Shown in pieces: positions 23,501 through 37,286 of a stretch of 64,000 bases of DNA. The translations under genes were made by a program, and so were the position numbers. Origin of the DNA: Lingula anatina (Eukaryota; Animalia; Brachiopoda); NCBI GenBank assembly GCA_051362555.1, contig CM120641.1:40554401-40618400 (forward strand), in the 5' to 3' direction. The notes beneath the pieces are model-generated. The model was not told the origin of the DNA. It saw only the letters and a list, made by a program, of their open reading frames with translations, and did not search any database. Position 1 is the stretch's first letter; each line of letters starts with the position of its first letter.

Positions 23501-26500
23501 TATCTCATTGTATAATCTAATCAAGATTCCCATTGTTTTATCAGACACAAAATATTCAAATACAATTGTAGGATTAAAATGGATTTAAATGGGCATAATT
23601 TCAATAATTTACACAGATAAACTGAAGCTTCTTACCGGCACAGTAGTTTGCCCACTCTGAACTAAGGAGGGCTGTGTTAACACTGTAGATGCTGGGCTAG
23701 TGACAGTAGACTTGGCCACACTGCTAGTTGTCATAACAGGCACTAGCTGGAACTTGCCTGGACCTGGGGAGGTGGCAGTTTGTGACTTAGCATTCTGGTT
23801 CATTGCCCTCACAATCTGAAAGCAGAAACATTATCTTAAGTAAAAACAATTATACTGGAGTCTTTTACACATAGTTCAAAAGACAAGTTTGGGCGTTTAT
23901 TTATGATCAATTTTAATGATAACTAAAATAAAGTATTTGTGGACTCAAAATACATTTATTTAACATATATATAACACAAATTATGGCACACTAAACACAC
24001 TTGTACTTATATATAACAGCACACTGATATTGGGATTTAAAATCTTGGGTGGGAGGAAAAAGACCAATTTAATCACTTCTTGGTTTCCTGCATCTTACAA
24101 GACCAGCATAGCCATACATATATGAATACAAAGTTCTAGTTGCTGTCGATCTAATTCTCATTAGTACAATCAATATGGGTAATTCATATATTAAACCGTA
24201 AATCTTCCAGTACAAGGTTCTACTTACCATTTCTGGGAACAGCTGGGTTGCCACAGTTCTGGTTTGGATATGAGGCTGTTGAAAAGCAAAACAGGAACTT
24301 GTATTGACTATCATGTATAAGACTATACACACAATCAACATCATCTTGTTTGTATATCTGAATAGATACTGTTTAAATTTACAGAGACAGCAAATCTAAC
24401 AAATGAACAGTACAGTGAATCAATAATGAAACCAATGTGACATATATCAATTAATGTTCCTGGCCAATAAACACCAAATAGTTCAGACAGAAAAAAACAG
24501 AGACAGCAATTTCAACATATGTACAGAACAGCCAATCTTATTCAAACCTTGATCTCAATTTCTGAATTTAATATTTGACATAAAATAAATTTGTTAAACA
24601 ATAATGAACCACATAACTTCCTTAGCTAAGACCTTAGCTTCTTATTACACAAAAAATACTTACAAAAGACAGGTCAAAACCCCTAGCAGTTTAAGACAAA
24701 GTAAGTGACCAAATCCACCTTTATCCAACTCAATAATGACAAGCTCTTTGCTCTTTACTATCATTATTTCATCTCTACTGACGGCATATGGCAACAACTC
24801 ACCTTAACTGCATGAGTGTGTTGCTTGTTGATGGCAATATTATATTTTTTCTTCATACGCTGGTGCTGTATGGTGAGTTCTAGGACCTGCTGCTGCATTT
24901 CTTTCACTTGTTGTTTCCATGCCTCATTGCAATTTTGCAAATCACGAATCTTTTCATGGAGCTGGTTGATGACACCATCATTATTGGTTTTTAAGTTGGC
25001 TTCTACATGCCTTTTAAGATAAACTTCCAGTTGCTGAAAGATAGGATTTGGACTCTCATCTTTAACTTTCTCTGGAATAACATTTCATCTCCATTTAAAT
25101 GCAACGATAAAAGTATAAGTGAAGATCGAAAGATTCATCTTAATATTGAAACAAGCACTTTACAACTGGTTACACAAACTGCCAGATCCACTTGTACAGT
25201 AACCTACCTGTTTTGTCAGTTTTACTTTCTTGGACTTCTTTTTGCAATTACTACTTGTGTCTTCTGAGTCGGCAGATGTTGATGAGGTAGTGTCAGCACT
25301 GTCTTTACTATCCACAGATGCGCTGTCCTCGTTATCCTCATGCGATGTCTCTGCATTCTCCAGAGGAACACGAGAGCCAAGCTTGTTTAATATTCCTTCT
25401 AGGCGAGACTTGCTATCCAGTTCACTTTTCACTTTCCCATCAGTGGTCTCAATCTCTGGCTTAATGGTCATATCATCAGTCTTGAAAACATTTTTAATAT
25501 TATCAGATGTAAATGCATCTTCGTTTTTAAGAGTGAGTGACTTTGACTCTTGTGACTCTGAAGTTTCTGTCTCTTCCTTAAACTGAGATTTACTGTCCTC
25601 ATCCTCAACATGAGGTTTTATATCTTTACTATCACAGATTGATGGGTTTCTCTCCTCTTCTAGTCGTGGCTTCTTTAACACAAGATCCCTATTCACTGGA
25701 GAGCCTGGAGGAGATCGTTTTGATGTGGTATCATTTGCTTCAGAGCCAGTTTCTGTGTTTGTTCTTACTGCAATTTTAAAGGCTGATGGCTCATTTGATT
25801 CAACTGAATCTTGGTTGACTGGATGCCCATCTATGTTCTGACAATTTATGATATTTTGGACACTGTTGGATATAAAATTGCTTTGATCATCAACATGAGT
25901 CTCACTTTTTGGGACTTCATTTTCAGTATTATTTGCAATAAGATTATCTGAACTGTTTTGAGGTTCACTAATTTGAGTTTCCTTCCCAGATCTTTCTGAT
26001 ATGTCATCCATGTCACCCTGTAGCAATTCATCTTCTTTGTCCTCTGGAACCGTGTCATCTTCTTCGTCCCTTTGTAACGTCTCACTGTTCTTGTCATTTT
26101 CAAGAAGAATATCTTCTGTGTGATCTAGTAAAATTTTGTCACTTTCTAAAGTTTCATCTTCCACACCACCTTCCAATGTTTTTTCATTAAAATTGTCTAA
26201 GACATTTTTGCCAGTATTATCTGATTTTGTATCTAAAATTACTGCTTGTTCAGAGGGATTTGTTAAATCTTGGCTGTGATTATCATCTAAATTAGGCTCT
26301 CCTTTAGTTTCTGAAAATAAATAGAATAGTATTTACATTCAGACATATTTTGCAATACTTCCGCATGTCATAGGCCCTAAGGATTTCAAAATAATCAAGT
26401 GACAAAAAGGAATTGATTCTTTGTATCTAGCCTTTATGGTACTCTGTATTGATACATAACTTATGCTAGTTGAGAATGTTTATTCAGAATTTGTTTCTGC

Positions 26501-28268
26501 ATGTATAACTGCAGAGACTGTAAATGCCTTTTCACAATGAGCAATATATCTTAGCATTCCATCTGTTATGTTCTGTTTTGAGACACTGACAGTTTAAAAA
26601 CTTGGTTATTATGTAAGAGAATCACTTAGAGAACATTCACAACTACTTGATTTGCAGACTAACTAGTCCGTGGATCAAATATGACGTGCATTTGAAAGCA
26701 AGCCTCATATTTTCCTAACAATAATGTAAACACCTCCCGCATGCACAGTCCCAGCAAAGGCAGCACAATTAAATCTCCTCACATGCTTTCAAGTGGGTCA
26801 CGCCAGATTTGATATGCAGACTAGTTAGCCTGAGGATCAATGCATTGTGAATGCTCCCTTAGACAGAGCTCCCTCACTAAACATAGTAAACATATATAGA
26901 TTGGTACATATGGGTTTCCAAGTGGAAGTGAACTCGTCAAAACCAGTTAAGTCACCTGTAGTGTTATAACTTGGTAGAACCTCCCAAAACAAACTGCAAA
27001 GATCCTCAACATATAAAGGCCTTAAAATTCATGTCAAGGTAATAATGTTACCCAATCACTGTTGATTGTATTTCCCTCTTGGTGCGTTTCCATAGAAACA
27101 TACTAATACAATAATATTTCTATATCTTACCATTGAGGTCGATGCTATTGGCATCAGCTCCTTTTTCACAAGCGTCTTTTTTATCTGTTGGTTCTAATTC
27201 TTTAAAGTGACTTGTAAGTTTTTCAAACAAATTGCCCTGATCTTGCCTGAAAGGGGAGGAGCAACAGGAACTGCTTACAGATGAAGAAACACTATTACTT
27301 TTAGCTTTATCAAAAGTTGATCCAATTCTAAGACTTTGATCTGGAGAAGTGTTATCTAAATTTCCCAATGAATCTGCTCCCTGTTCAACCAAAGTCTTGT
27401 CAACACTCGTCTCGTCTAAGCAGCCATTTTCCACTGGCATTGATGATACTAAATCAATACCTCCTGAGCTGGAGAAGATCTTATCACTGTTGCCACTGTT
27501 ACTTATATTCTCTGCACAGTTGTCTATCACAGTTGTTTTATTAGGTAAATATGAAGTGTCCCCATTATCAATGCAATTTTCTGTTTTCTCATCATCTCCG
27601 GACATTACCACTGCCTGTTTCTCTGCCATGGTGGCTGCCTGTAATCTTGCCATCTTGCTGGGTGGCACAGTTTTGCGGGCAGTGGCAGGCCTCTTCCTGG
27701 TGTTGCCATCTGCAGAGGTCCCACCCGTGATGTCTTTCAACACCCCATTCACATTTGTGTGTATTCCATTGAGACTTTTTATGGCAATATGCTCAGAACT
27801 GCCACTACTTTCCACACTAGTGACCATGGTTAGAGGAGAGTTTGGTCTTAATTCTGTGCTGGAATGATTCCATGAGCGCGACTTGGATGTGGATTTCTTT
27901 GCAACTGGCGGCCTTGTCACAGCAAGTTTCACTTCTGAAATGACAGAACTACCCATCAGCATTTCTGAGCAGAAACAAACAAACAAAAAAAAAAATCATG
28001 TTATCATATTAATGTTTTGGGTCCAAAATGGTTGTCTTTACTATACTCATTGCTGATGTTAGCCTGCAGTAATTAGATGTCTTTTTGTTTAAAAGTTATT
28101 GCTTGGCTAAGAGCTGTAAAGACTGAAAATAATGCAATATCAGTTGTTTACAATGACTAGATGTTGATTAATTATAGTAAATGTAGTAATTAAAAGGGAG
28201 CACTTCATGTTCTTAGTTTACTTACCAGTATTTACTGTGGGGTTCAGTTTTTCTTCCACAGCTGCCAT
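20555..28268 (-). CDS. ATF7IP: Activating transcription factor 7-interacting protein (MCAF1/Windei, SETDB1 cofactor)
   Basis: Minus-strand exons 28268-28226 ([14 protein letters not shown]), 27964-27131, 26310-25208, 25033-24803 (coiled coil [28 protein letters not shown]), 24275-24228, 23815-23636, 23347-22577 ([11 protein letters not shown]-like), optional 22476-22468, 21592-21484 (HPAPLP...PPKP), 21323-21208 (GIVLSWN...SYQLFAYQE...LWKK), 20716-20555 ([18 protein letters not shown]...[19 protein letters not shown]). The C-terminal FN3 domain is diagnostic of ATF7IP. Confidence 0.92.
26629..26858. mobile_element. PIF/Harbinger-type (Tourist-like) MITE in ATF7IP intron
   Basis: ~70-bp imperfect TIRs (GAGAACATTCACAA...ACTAACTAGTC...ATCAAAT...TTGAAAGCA vs reverse complement GGGAGCATTCACAA...GCTAACTAGTC...ATCAAAT...TTGAAAGCA), flanked by TTA on both sides (26626-26628, 26859-26861). 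Confidence 0.75.
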
Positions 28269-28673
28269 ATTTCTGAATAAAAAAATTAATGACCATGTAT
28301 CAAAAATTGAAAGAAATTTTAACCGTCAGCTAAAACAAAGGTATTCTTTTTTATTTTTCAACATCAGAGATCTTTTTAAATTACTGCCTGGCAATTTTTC
28401 AGCATCATATTCATGCTTAACTTGTAAAGAAACTAAAAAGTCAAGTCATTCTATTTTCTAAGTGAGAATCATATATCTCGAAAAAATTAACATTCTGACA
28501 GGAAGCGGAAAAAAAGTTTACAAACAAAATAACTTACAAGTATTATAATATATAATTATATTCAGCATCAAGATGAGGGTTGGAAGGTAAAAGAACATTA
28601 ATCTGCTCAGTGATAAATTGTTTGTGGAAGGTTAAAATGTCCTTTAGCTAATGGCATCCAAAGGAGACTAAGG

Positions 28674-28920
28674 GACCATTCCCACAGATATTTGGATCGA
28701 TCTATCTCCCCAGGGAGTCTCATTAAATTGCTGTCAAACTAACCGGCTTAAACATCTGTCAGGCCTGGTAAAACTGTTAGGGGGTAATTATCTTCACCCC
28801 TAGCTGATTCAGAAGGCGCGAAAGACATTTAAGCCTCTTGAGCTGATAGCAATATAGCCTGAACCCCCAGGGAGTTAGGTCGATCCAGATGGATCGATCT
28901 AAGTATGGGGATCCAGTCTA
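28674..28920 (-). mobile_element. MITE-like element, second (longer) copy of the 8312-8503 family
   Basis: Reverse complement begins TAGACTGGATCCCCATACTTAGATCGATCCATCTGGATCGACCTAACTCCCTGGGGGTTCAGGCTA, matching 8312 onward. The other end, GACCATTCCCACAGATATTTGGATCGATCTA, matches the reverse complement of ~8470-8502. Confidence 0.75.
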
Positions 28921-31900
28921 ACAGAGAGTGTATTTGTTTGATATCACCACATTAGGGGAAAAGTTTTTCCAACAAATTTCCTCAATTTTTTTGTGAACCT
29001 AAACGTACAATCAGAGTCCTGTTATGCTTCAATTTGTTCCCTTGATTTCAAAACAAAAAATTGTAATACTTTAAAAAATATTCAAACTAAGGCAAACCTA
29101 CTACAGTAGCACTCTAAAATCCAACCTATGCTTGTCAACTAGGTCAACTAACACTTGCCGAGCTCATGTTGGCATGATTTATTATTGCTGACTAAATAAT
29201 AGATATCCAAAAAATCAATGGAGTAGTGGGAAAAGAGGGACAGTTTATATTTCTTATTTTTCTTCAGTTTATATTTCTTCTGCTGCTAATTCAAATTTCT
29301 GGCGTGCCAAGAAAATCTAGGCAATTAACTGAAACGAAGACTATAATAGTGCAAACCCTCTCATCAACCAATCAGCCATATCTGGTTAAGTTGAGCAGTC
29401 ATTGTTCAAGTTCATTTCGCATCCTTTAATTCATACGGTTGGTAGTGCAGAATTGAATGTGAACTATGTATGTATATATGTCAAATTTCTTATAAATGTA
29501 CATTGATCCTGGCAAGAAATCAGCAAGATATTTCTATGACAAACTGTTAGACATATTTACAATAGTCTATGATGAGAAGGATGATATTTTCTCAGTTCGG
29601 GTGACATCTCAAGTGATTCCTCAGATATGGAGTACATTGAAAAAATTGCTTTAAGAGGCTCATTGTTACAGGTATTTGGAAGAAAAAAAAAAAAAGAAAA
29701 CATATGGCAAGAACTAAAACAGTAGTCACAGTCAAAATGGACTTGTGAAAGCCACCGATGGAAAAAATATCACATCATCCAACATCCTCTGCAGAGAAAC
29801 CAACTCTCAGTACTTATTATACAAAGTCTCTAGAATTACATCAGAAGTTTAAAAATAAACATTACAGAAACAAGCACAAGACAATCAAGAGAAAATAAAT
29901 TATAATAAGAGAAGTGTTTTTCATTAATCAGTTAAGAAAAAAGAAATTTCCCTACTGATGAATGATCTATTCAGGCTGAAATATTTCTTTTTATTTAAAA
30001 AATAGACAGTTATTTTATCAAATTAAATAACTAGGCTACACAAATCCTAAGAAATAAAACATCTGAATAACCTAAAACCAATAACAAGAAGGTAACATGG
30101 TAGAGTTAAGCCTTTTTCTTCCCACCAAAATGTGGGATTTTCAAAGACATAAATTAATTCTTGATGAAAAAATCTTGTTGCGAATGGTACAAATTTTTCG
30201 CAGACACTTTTCATTCCACCAAACATTTCTTAAAATATTGCCCCATAGGCCCTGATGCTATACACAACAAGACAAGTTACAAATGGATGTGTGCTTTATC
30301 AAATACTTTTTGGTTGTGTTCAGGCAGAAAGGACCAGCTTCTTGAAGGTTTGCAATCTTTCTTAGTAAATCAGTTTTACAACTGAAATCACTAGGACAAT
30401 TGATTTTCATTACTTTTCTCCCTTTTTGGTTGAGGTAACAAATAAAAAAATGTTATAGGGAAAATAAGTAATATAAAGTTAAACATTTTTCATCAACGAC
30501 TAAAATTGAAGCATCTGTTTCTTACCGGATAGATATTATTATTATTATTATTAAATATTGGCATCCGTTCCAGTAAGACTGTACTAATATTAGTTAAGGG
30601 CTTTGGTGGATAATCATCTGAACTTTTTTCTTAATTTAGTTAGTCTACATTTTCACCTAACTGATCCTGTTTGGATCACGTGACATCTATGAGGACGCCA
30701 TCTTGGGCCCTACTCATGCATACTGACCTTTAAACACATGCTGGGGGCATCTCAAAAGAATCTGGTTGAGAAAGTAGGTCAATCCAATACCAGACAAGAA
30801 ATGACCTTGAGTGCATTATAAATGTTAACTTCTTTCTAACATGAGTCAAGGGTTACATTTTACACATCTTGTTAAAGTGGCATTGAAAATATCTGCATCA
30901 GCCAGTCCAATTCTCATTTCCAGAATTTTAAAACTCTCAATTTCAATGAAGTGCTTCAATTCTACCAGAAATGATAAAATTAGTGACACCTGGATAAGGT
31001 GGTAACACACAAACTAAATATCGTTAAAATATGTAAAAAAATTGAAAAAAAAAAAAAAAAACTTTGAAATGCAGTAGACTAAAACCACAGGGCTAGCAAC
31101 AACGTCCAATAAAAAACCTCTCCTTTACTATTATTTTTACCACAATCATAACCTAGTTAAGTACTTCTTACAGAGTACTAGACAAAACCAACTAGGCTAA
31201 TTCATCTGTTTAAGTACACTAATGCAATTTAATGCAATTTCTTCAGGATGTTAAAATAATTTCAAAAGGATTACAATAACAGTAAAATGTAAAAACACTT
31301 TAATGTTACAAAATATCTCCGTCCATTTTTTTATTAGTAAAATAATGGTAAGTACTTTACTAGGCAAACCTAAAATTAATTTTATTTTTACTAACCAATT
31401 AAATGTTAAAGACAACATTTCTTTGTGGTTCATGAAAAACATATTCTAAACTTGTAAAAAGTAGACTTAAATGTAACTAGGTCAGACTAGGGTGATATCA
31501 TGTGATCAATACATGATTGTTAGTAAATGTGATGACCTTGACATGAGGCCTTGAAGGGTTTGCAATTATATTTTTCAAGGTTTCAACCAGAAAAACCAAA
31601 ATGATGTCCAAAATAAACCCCTTATGAAAGAGAAATCAATTACTATATGTACACTCAAGTGTTCTTGTTGAAATAAATTAGATTTCAATCCAAGGGAAAA
31701 ACTGGGAAAAGATTAATGTTCCATGACCGAGTGTTATGTTTTTAGACGAAAAATTTTCAAATAAAAAAATTCTAAAAATCCTTATACTTCCTTATTATTT
31801 GCTCTGGAGAAAGTTTTTTTTTCCTAAAAAAAAGTCACCACAGTTCAAATACTTTCCATAACTTTTGTCTATAAATCAGTTGGACAGACAAGCATCTAGT

Positions 31901-33089
31901 GGTATTTGATATTTCTTCTAAAAGGTATGAAAATATTCATAACTTAGTTCTCATTTTAAATATCAACATAGTCAAAAATCTAGGACAGCCCCAAGTTGAT
32001 ACGTAAGGCAAGGACCCATTTTTAAACACATTCCTAAACAAATTGCCTATGCAAAAGCTTTTGACATATATTTCTATGTAGACCCTACAGAAATGTTAGC
32101 TTTATTTCAAGATCTAAAAAATTTGGTAAAGGACAAAAACAGTCACATAAGTCTAAGTTAAAAGTAATACTGGAAAATGAAGTAAACCGAGATAATATCA
32201 CTTCAGACTTCTTCCAAAATTGGTCAACCTACACATATTACTCATGTTGCTTAAAAACGATGTTAATTTGAAATCAGCAGGTGCTGACCAGCCTGTCGAC
32301 ACTGCTATAATAACAACATAGCATAAACTATGAAAGGAGGTGAAACCCAAAATATGACCAGTTGTTATAGTACTGCTGTAATATTAAGTGTTTAATTTGG
32401 GAGTATATTCATGTTAGCTTAATAAATATTACATCAATTATGGTAGCATTTTCATTTCAACTTAAAAAATTAATCTTTTTACCGGAATTAATTAACTTAT
32501 AGTAAATTATAGTAACTGGCTCGCGCTGCCAGTAATTACGCCGCGGGATATTCAGGCCACAGACCGTGATCATAAGACATACCGCAAATAGAAAATAGAA
32601 TTTAGAAAATAGACATTGCATGTGAACGAAGCCTTTGTCTCTATTTCCTTTTAAAAATTTGTCTATATTAAAATTTCATTTTTCACAAATTAGTTGGATT
32701 TGCATATATTTGCCTGGAATTTATGTATATTTTCTAAATGTTTGGTATTGTAGATAATGCTACAATCAAACAAAACAAAAGCAACAAGTGCAGCTTACAT
32801 TCTCAATGTATAGTTAACCAAACATTTGCTAATTTTTTTCACATTTTGAACACGAAAAACTTTTAATGGCCAATTGTTTCTTCATCTGGAATGTCAGCTT
32901 TCTGTGAAATCCTGCCTGAGCCCCAGTAGTCGTTCATTTGCATACGAATGGATCACATGACAGGGACCATCTCAATTTCGTCCAAACATATCACTAGGTT
33001 ATCAACTCATTCTGCGATCTTGTATACGTTGTTTTGCGTTCCTTAAATGCACCCTAGTCATTTCAACTCAAAATTCGACAGAAAAAGAC

Positions 33090-33650
33090 CAAAAAGTGTA
33101 TTTAAAGGTCCCGGTGACATCGGGCTAGGCACTTCCGGCGCGCGTCGTCTTTGTTTAACGATAAAAACCACCATAGGTACACAATCACCTACCTGTAAGC
33201 GTGCATCGCATGCAATTACTGTACACAAATTATGCATTTAGCAATCCATGCATTACCTCATTATATGTCGGTCTTCTTACTTGTTGCAAATTTGCTAAAT
33301 CTAAAAACACTCACCTATCTTGGTGTAAACATGGCCGACTTCTTCGCCAGTGAGGTACGCATGCGCTGATTATGCAAATTACTTCGCATGTCACGGCAAA
33401 CGCGCTTTCTGGCAGTGTGCCATTTATCCCTCGGACGATATTTGGTGTCCATTTTGAAAGAATATTTACCTCGTACTTTGTGAACTCGCCCCTTACAAAC
33501 CCACCACGCATTGTCTGTTTACAGAAAATTATGTCCTCACTCGGGTAGGCCAGAACCCCTCATTAACACAAGCTCCAACATTTCGGAGTGCCGAACTGAC
33601 GTCAGTGTCAAGCGTCCCGAGTGTTTCTCGAGCACGCATTTGACGGATTT
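33090..33650. promoter_or_regulatory. CpG-rich putative promoter / non-coding first exon region of ATF7IP
   Basis: Sharp rise in CpG over the AT-rich flanks. ETS-like ACTTCCGG (~33131), NRF1-like ACGCATGCGC (33357), octamer ATGCAAAT (33372), CRE TGACGTCA (33597), and a minus-strand donor AG|GTGAGT at ~33314. The ATG exon of ATF7IP (28272-28226) starts at an acceptor, so an upstream UTR exon must exist. Confidence 0.55.
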
Positions 33651-36514
33651 AAACTAGCGATAGGCTACCACAGCTGGGATCTGAGAAGAAAAACTGGACT
33701 ACATAATTCTTAGAAAGACTCATGTGGCCCTCTACCCTAATACGCCCAAAGTAGGGGGCTGCAAACGGTTGTAGGCTACCGGTAGGCCTACAGTCATCGT
33801 ACAGTGACTATCAATCGGACCAACGGTCACATCCTCAATATCCGTTGTTTAAAAAGCACATGCGACGGCTGATGCGATTGCACCCCAACTGTTTAGGTGC
33901 ATATCAATAGGGGCCTACTACTAGATAGGCCAGTAGCCTACAGGTTATGAAATGTTTAGTAGGCTTGGGCCTACTTCTATATTCGGCAACAGCCCTTCCT
34001 TCTCAATAAGTAGCCTAGGCTACCGGGAATTTATTATAGGCCTAGTAGGCCTATGCCTATGTCATAGTTCTAACGATTTTATTAGAGAAACAGAACACGC
34101 TAAATTTACATTTGTTCTGCACTGTTTCTTCAGGTTCTCTCACAACCAACACGAAGCGACAGTAGCCTAAATGAATTAGGCCCCTAATTAAGGCTAGGCC
34201 TACTCTGATCTTCTCTCCGACTATTTTTTCTGCTCATATGAGTTCTGTGCCCTAGAGTTTGATCGCTTGTTAAATTTATGTCTAGTAGGTCTACTTCAGC
34301 TACTTGTATAATTCATTTATAATGCAAAGGAAAACGCGTAGCCTATCGGGTAGCTATATGGGCCAGTTGTAGCCTAGAAACTACAGAAAAGTGTCATGCT
34401 GATCGAGTAGGGACTACCTACTTTGTCGCTATCCAGGACAACGGGAGATAGTGGGAGGAGATATTTCCATGCATTCCATTTACACAACTGTTCGGACTGA
34501 TAACAGAACTTTTTTTATTCAGCCGCTTATTTAGCGAACTGTTTCAGATGTGGGATTTAAGAGCCCCTTTTCGCACGCCACGCCTTATAATATGTCGCTA
34601 TTTTATAATGGCTACATGAACCTAAACTTGGAGCTAGGGCATTAAATAAGAAAATATCTATATTCTATTTCATTAAATGGCCGTGCGTACCAAGAACGTG
34701 CACGTTCCGTCAGCGGAAAGATCCCAAAGATAAATAGCAAATTACAGTGACCAAATTTCGAAGCACATGTTTGCAAAACAGGCAGATGCGTTTTGAGTTG
34801 ATTGATGGTCGTACATGTATGTACATGCTTGTACATGTATGTTATAATTGCTGGTCTGTGGTGTATTTTTTAATATCTTAAAGACATTTGGGGTCAATAA
34901 GATCATAAGCTGTATGCAAATATAAGAAGTGAAGAATGCAATGCAGCACAATCAGACCGTCAACGAACTTCATGACTACAGTCGCTGGAAAGTCGCAATC
35001 AGGAGGTCACTAGCTTAATTAGCCGGACTAGCGCAAAATAACATCAAAGACTGTGACCTAATTTCTGAGCGCGTAGCGCAGCATCGTCCGTTTTTGGAAC
35101 TTGTAGGCTTACGGGAAATATCGCAGTCACCGGGTTGCTGTTGAACCTCAAACTCTCGAGCATTTATTCACTGTCGATTCAATATTGATGGAAATGGTTG
35201 TTGGGTTCTTCGCTTTTAACTAGCGAGCCAAAGCACATTGAGGTTTTGACGTCACGTGGAAATAACATATAATATAGGCCCTATGCATTGTAAATAACCA
35301 GGACAATATGTATCATACACGGTCACCGATAAGGCTATACATCTGCAGTAGTGGGAATTTGCAGTAGTGGTTAGGCCTACTATCAATCTGCAAGACTTTC
35401 ATGTAACTACATACATTGGTCTAAATGAGCGATTTATAACGCCGCACGGCTATAGTTTTATGCGAGGGTAGGCTATTTTTATGTTCCGACCAGTGGTTAG
35501 GCCTTCATGTATTATATTTTTATGCTTATTGTATTTAAAACATAAGTGGGATCTGATTAAAACGTATATTAAAATGAACAGATGTTAATAATACACCGAT
35601 AATAGCAAAATATTTTAGTAATGTGAGTTAATTGTGTGCAATGTATTCATATTTATTAAAGCATTTTAACTTTTAAAAAAGTCTAAACTATATAAATGTG
35701 CAATATGTTAGGAGCTAAAATCAATTTAAAACACAACAGGACAGGTATGAATGATTATCTTTAATTTTTAATTTGCTTGATGCAGCCCTTTTTCATTGCA
35801 TCTCTTGTGAATGCTGAGTATTTACAAGGGTTATAATCAGGGGCTCTTTCAAAAGCCATTCTCAAACAGCATTCCCTTTACGCTTATTTATCATGTCTTA
35901 TGAAAGCAAACTGCATGCGCCTGGTTTTTGAAAGCTTTCATCTGTTGAAATAAAATTTCAATTTTTGAATTTTATTAAGAATGCTTTTTTTTGAGCAAGA
36001 CAATTGTCTTAAGTTTCTGATTTAATTTCAGCATGGAAAATTATTTGAATAATTTGTCGATGATTCCAGTAATAGTCTTTAGTTGAATTCGTATCTTCAG
36101 ATTGATAGACTGCTTATTTAGATGGTGTCTACAGAGAAGACTCATTAGAGCTACATACAATTTAAGTTACAGATGTAAATTCTAATCACTCATCCAGCAT
36201 TACCGTGAAATATAACTCTATTCCATCTTCTTGTGCCGTTTCATGCTCCCGAAAGACTTGTTTTAATTAATAGGCATGAAAACTTCATAGTTCCCAATTT
36301 AGAATATTTGTAAGCTAGGCAAAACTCATTGCACTCTTCAACTACCTATACACAAATTTAAGAAAATGTATTTAAGGCAGTCCCGTCAGCACGCAAGATG
36401 CGAGGTTTATTTCAGTCATCAGTATCGCAATGTACCTAATGCTGCAATGCATCTCTTCCCGCTTTACGTTCTTATGATACCATCCCCAACAATATCCTCT
36501 ACGCGCGACAAGTA

Positions 36515-36527
36515 GCCACCTAGTGGC
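36515..36527 (-). promoter_or_regulatory. CTCF-like binding motif
   Basis: GCCACCTAGTGGC; the reverse complement GCCACTAGGTGGC matches the CTCF core CCACYAGGKGGC. Confidence 0.4.
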
Positions 36528-37035
36528 TTTAAATTAATAGCTTAGACAGATGCAAATCTTCTCATGTCTTATACAGCCAAGCTGTAACTAATTATCTTTC
36601 TTTTTAACCCAATAGTTAAAAATTCACCTTTGGGTGCAAGATGTCAATACAACCGCCATTTGTTCCCTGTATACAGTTTATATACATTATATGCCATCAA
36701 TATTCCATTCTTTGTTAAAAGCTATGGGCCCACTAGTACCTGTCTACTACCCGTTAATACAGCACGTAGAGCGTTTACAAGCGTGTTGACCTAAATGCTC
36801 AGGTGTATATTTGTACTCATTTATGGGATCTATACATGCTCACCCGCATAAAAGCCATTTTTGGCATTTATTAGAGTATAAATATTTCTCAAATGTGATC
36901 GTTTATGGGATACCTGCGGCAGCGAAACACGTACGTAGCATGACGTACAGACAGTACTCGACTATTTTAGAAGCTGTACGCAGTGCGTATATACGACCAT
37001 ACCTATCACAGACTAAATGTAATTGTCTGTGTATG

Positions 37036-37286
37036 CAGGGGAGTTACCGAGTATCATTTAAGAAGGGGAGGTCAGAATATTGCTGCGCCAAAAAATGATG
37101 GGGGGGGGGGGGGGGGGCGTATCTATAATAGAAAAGCGCTTATTGTGTGGTACATTTTTAATGGTGCAATTTGATGCGCTCTATGTAGGCCCCTAAAAGA
37201 CGTCGTTGAAAGTATTGTTGAATGAATTCGCAATGAATGATTCGCATCCGCGGATCCCCCTTCAAATAATCCTGGATCCGCCCCTG
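37036..37286. mobile_element. Degenerate hAT-like MITE
   Basis: Right end CTGGATCCGCCCCTG (reverse complement CAGGGGCGGATCCAG, a hAT-like terminus), internal poly-G, and only a weak left end CAGGGG at 37036. Confidence 0.4.

Noticed and set aside
25230-27867. Ser-rich + strand ORFs (118 and 172 aa)
   Set aside because: Antisense shadows of the acidic ATF7IP exons.
32936-33379. Octamer motifs suggesting an snRNA gene
   Set aside because: No U-snRNA, 7SK, SRP, RNase P or MRP signature recognised nearby.
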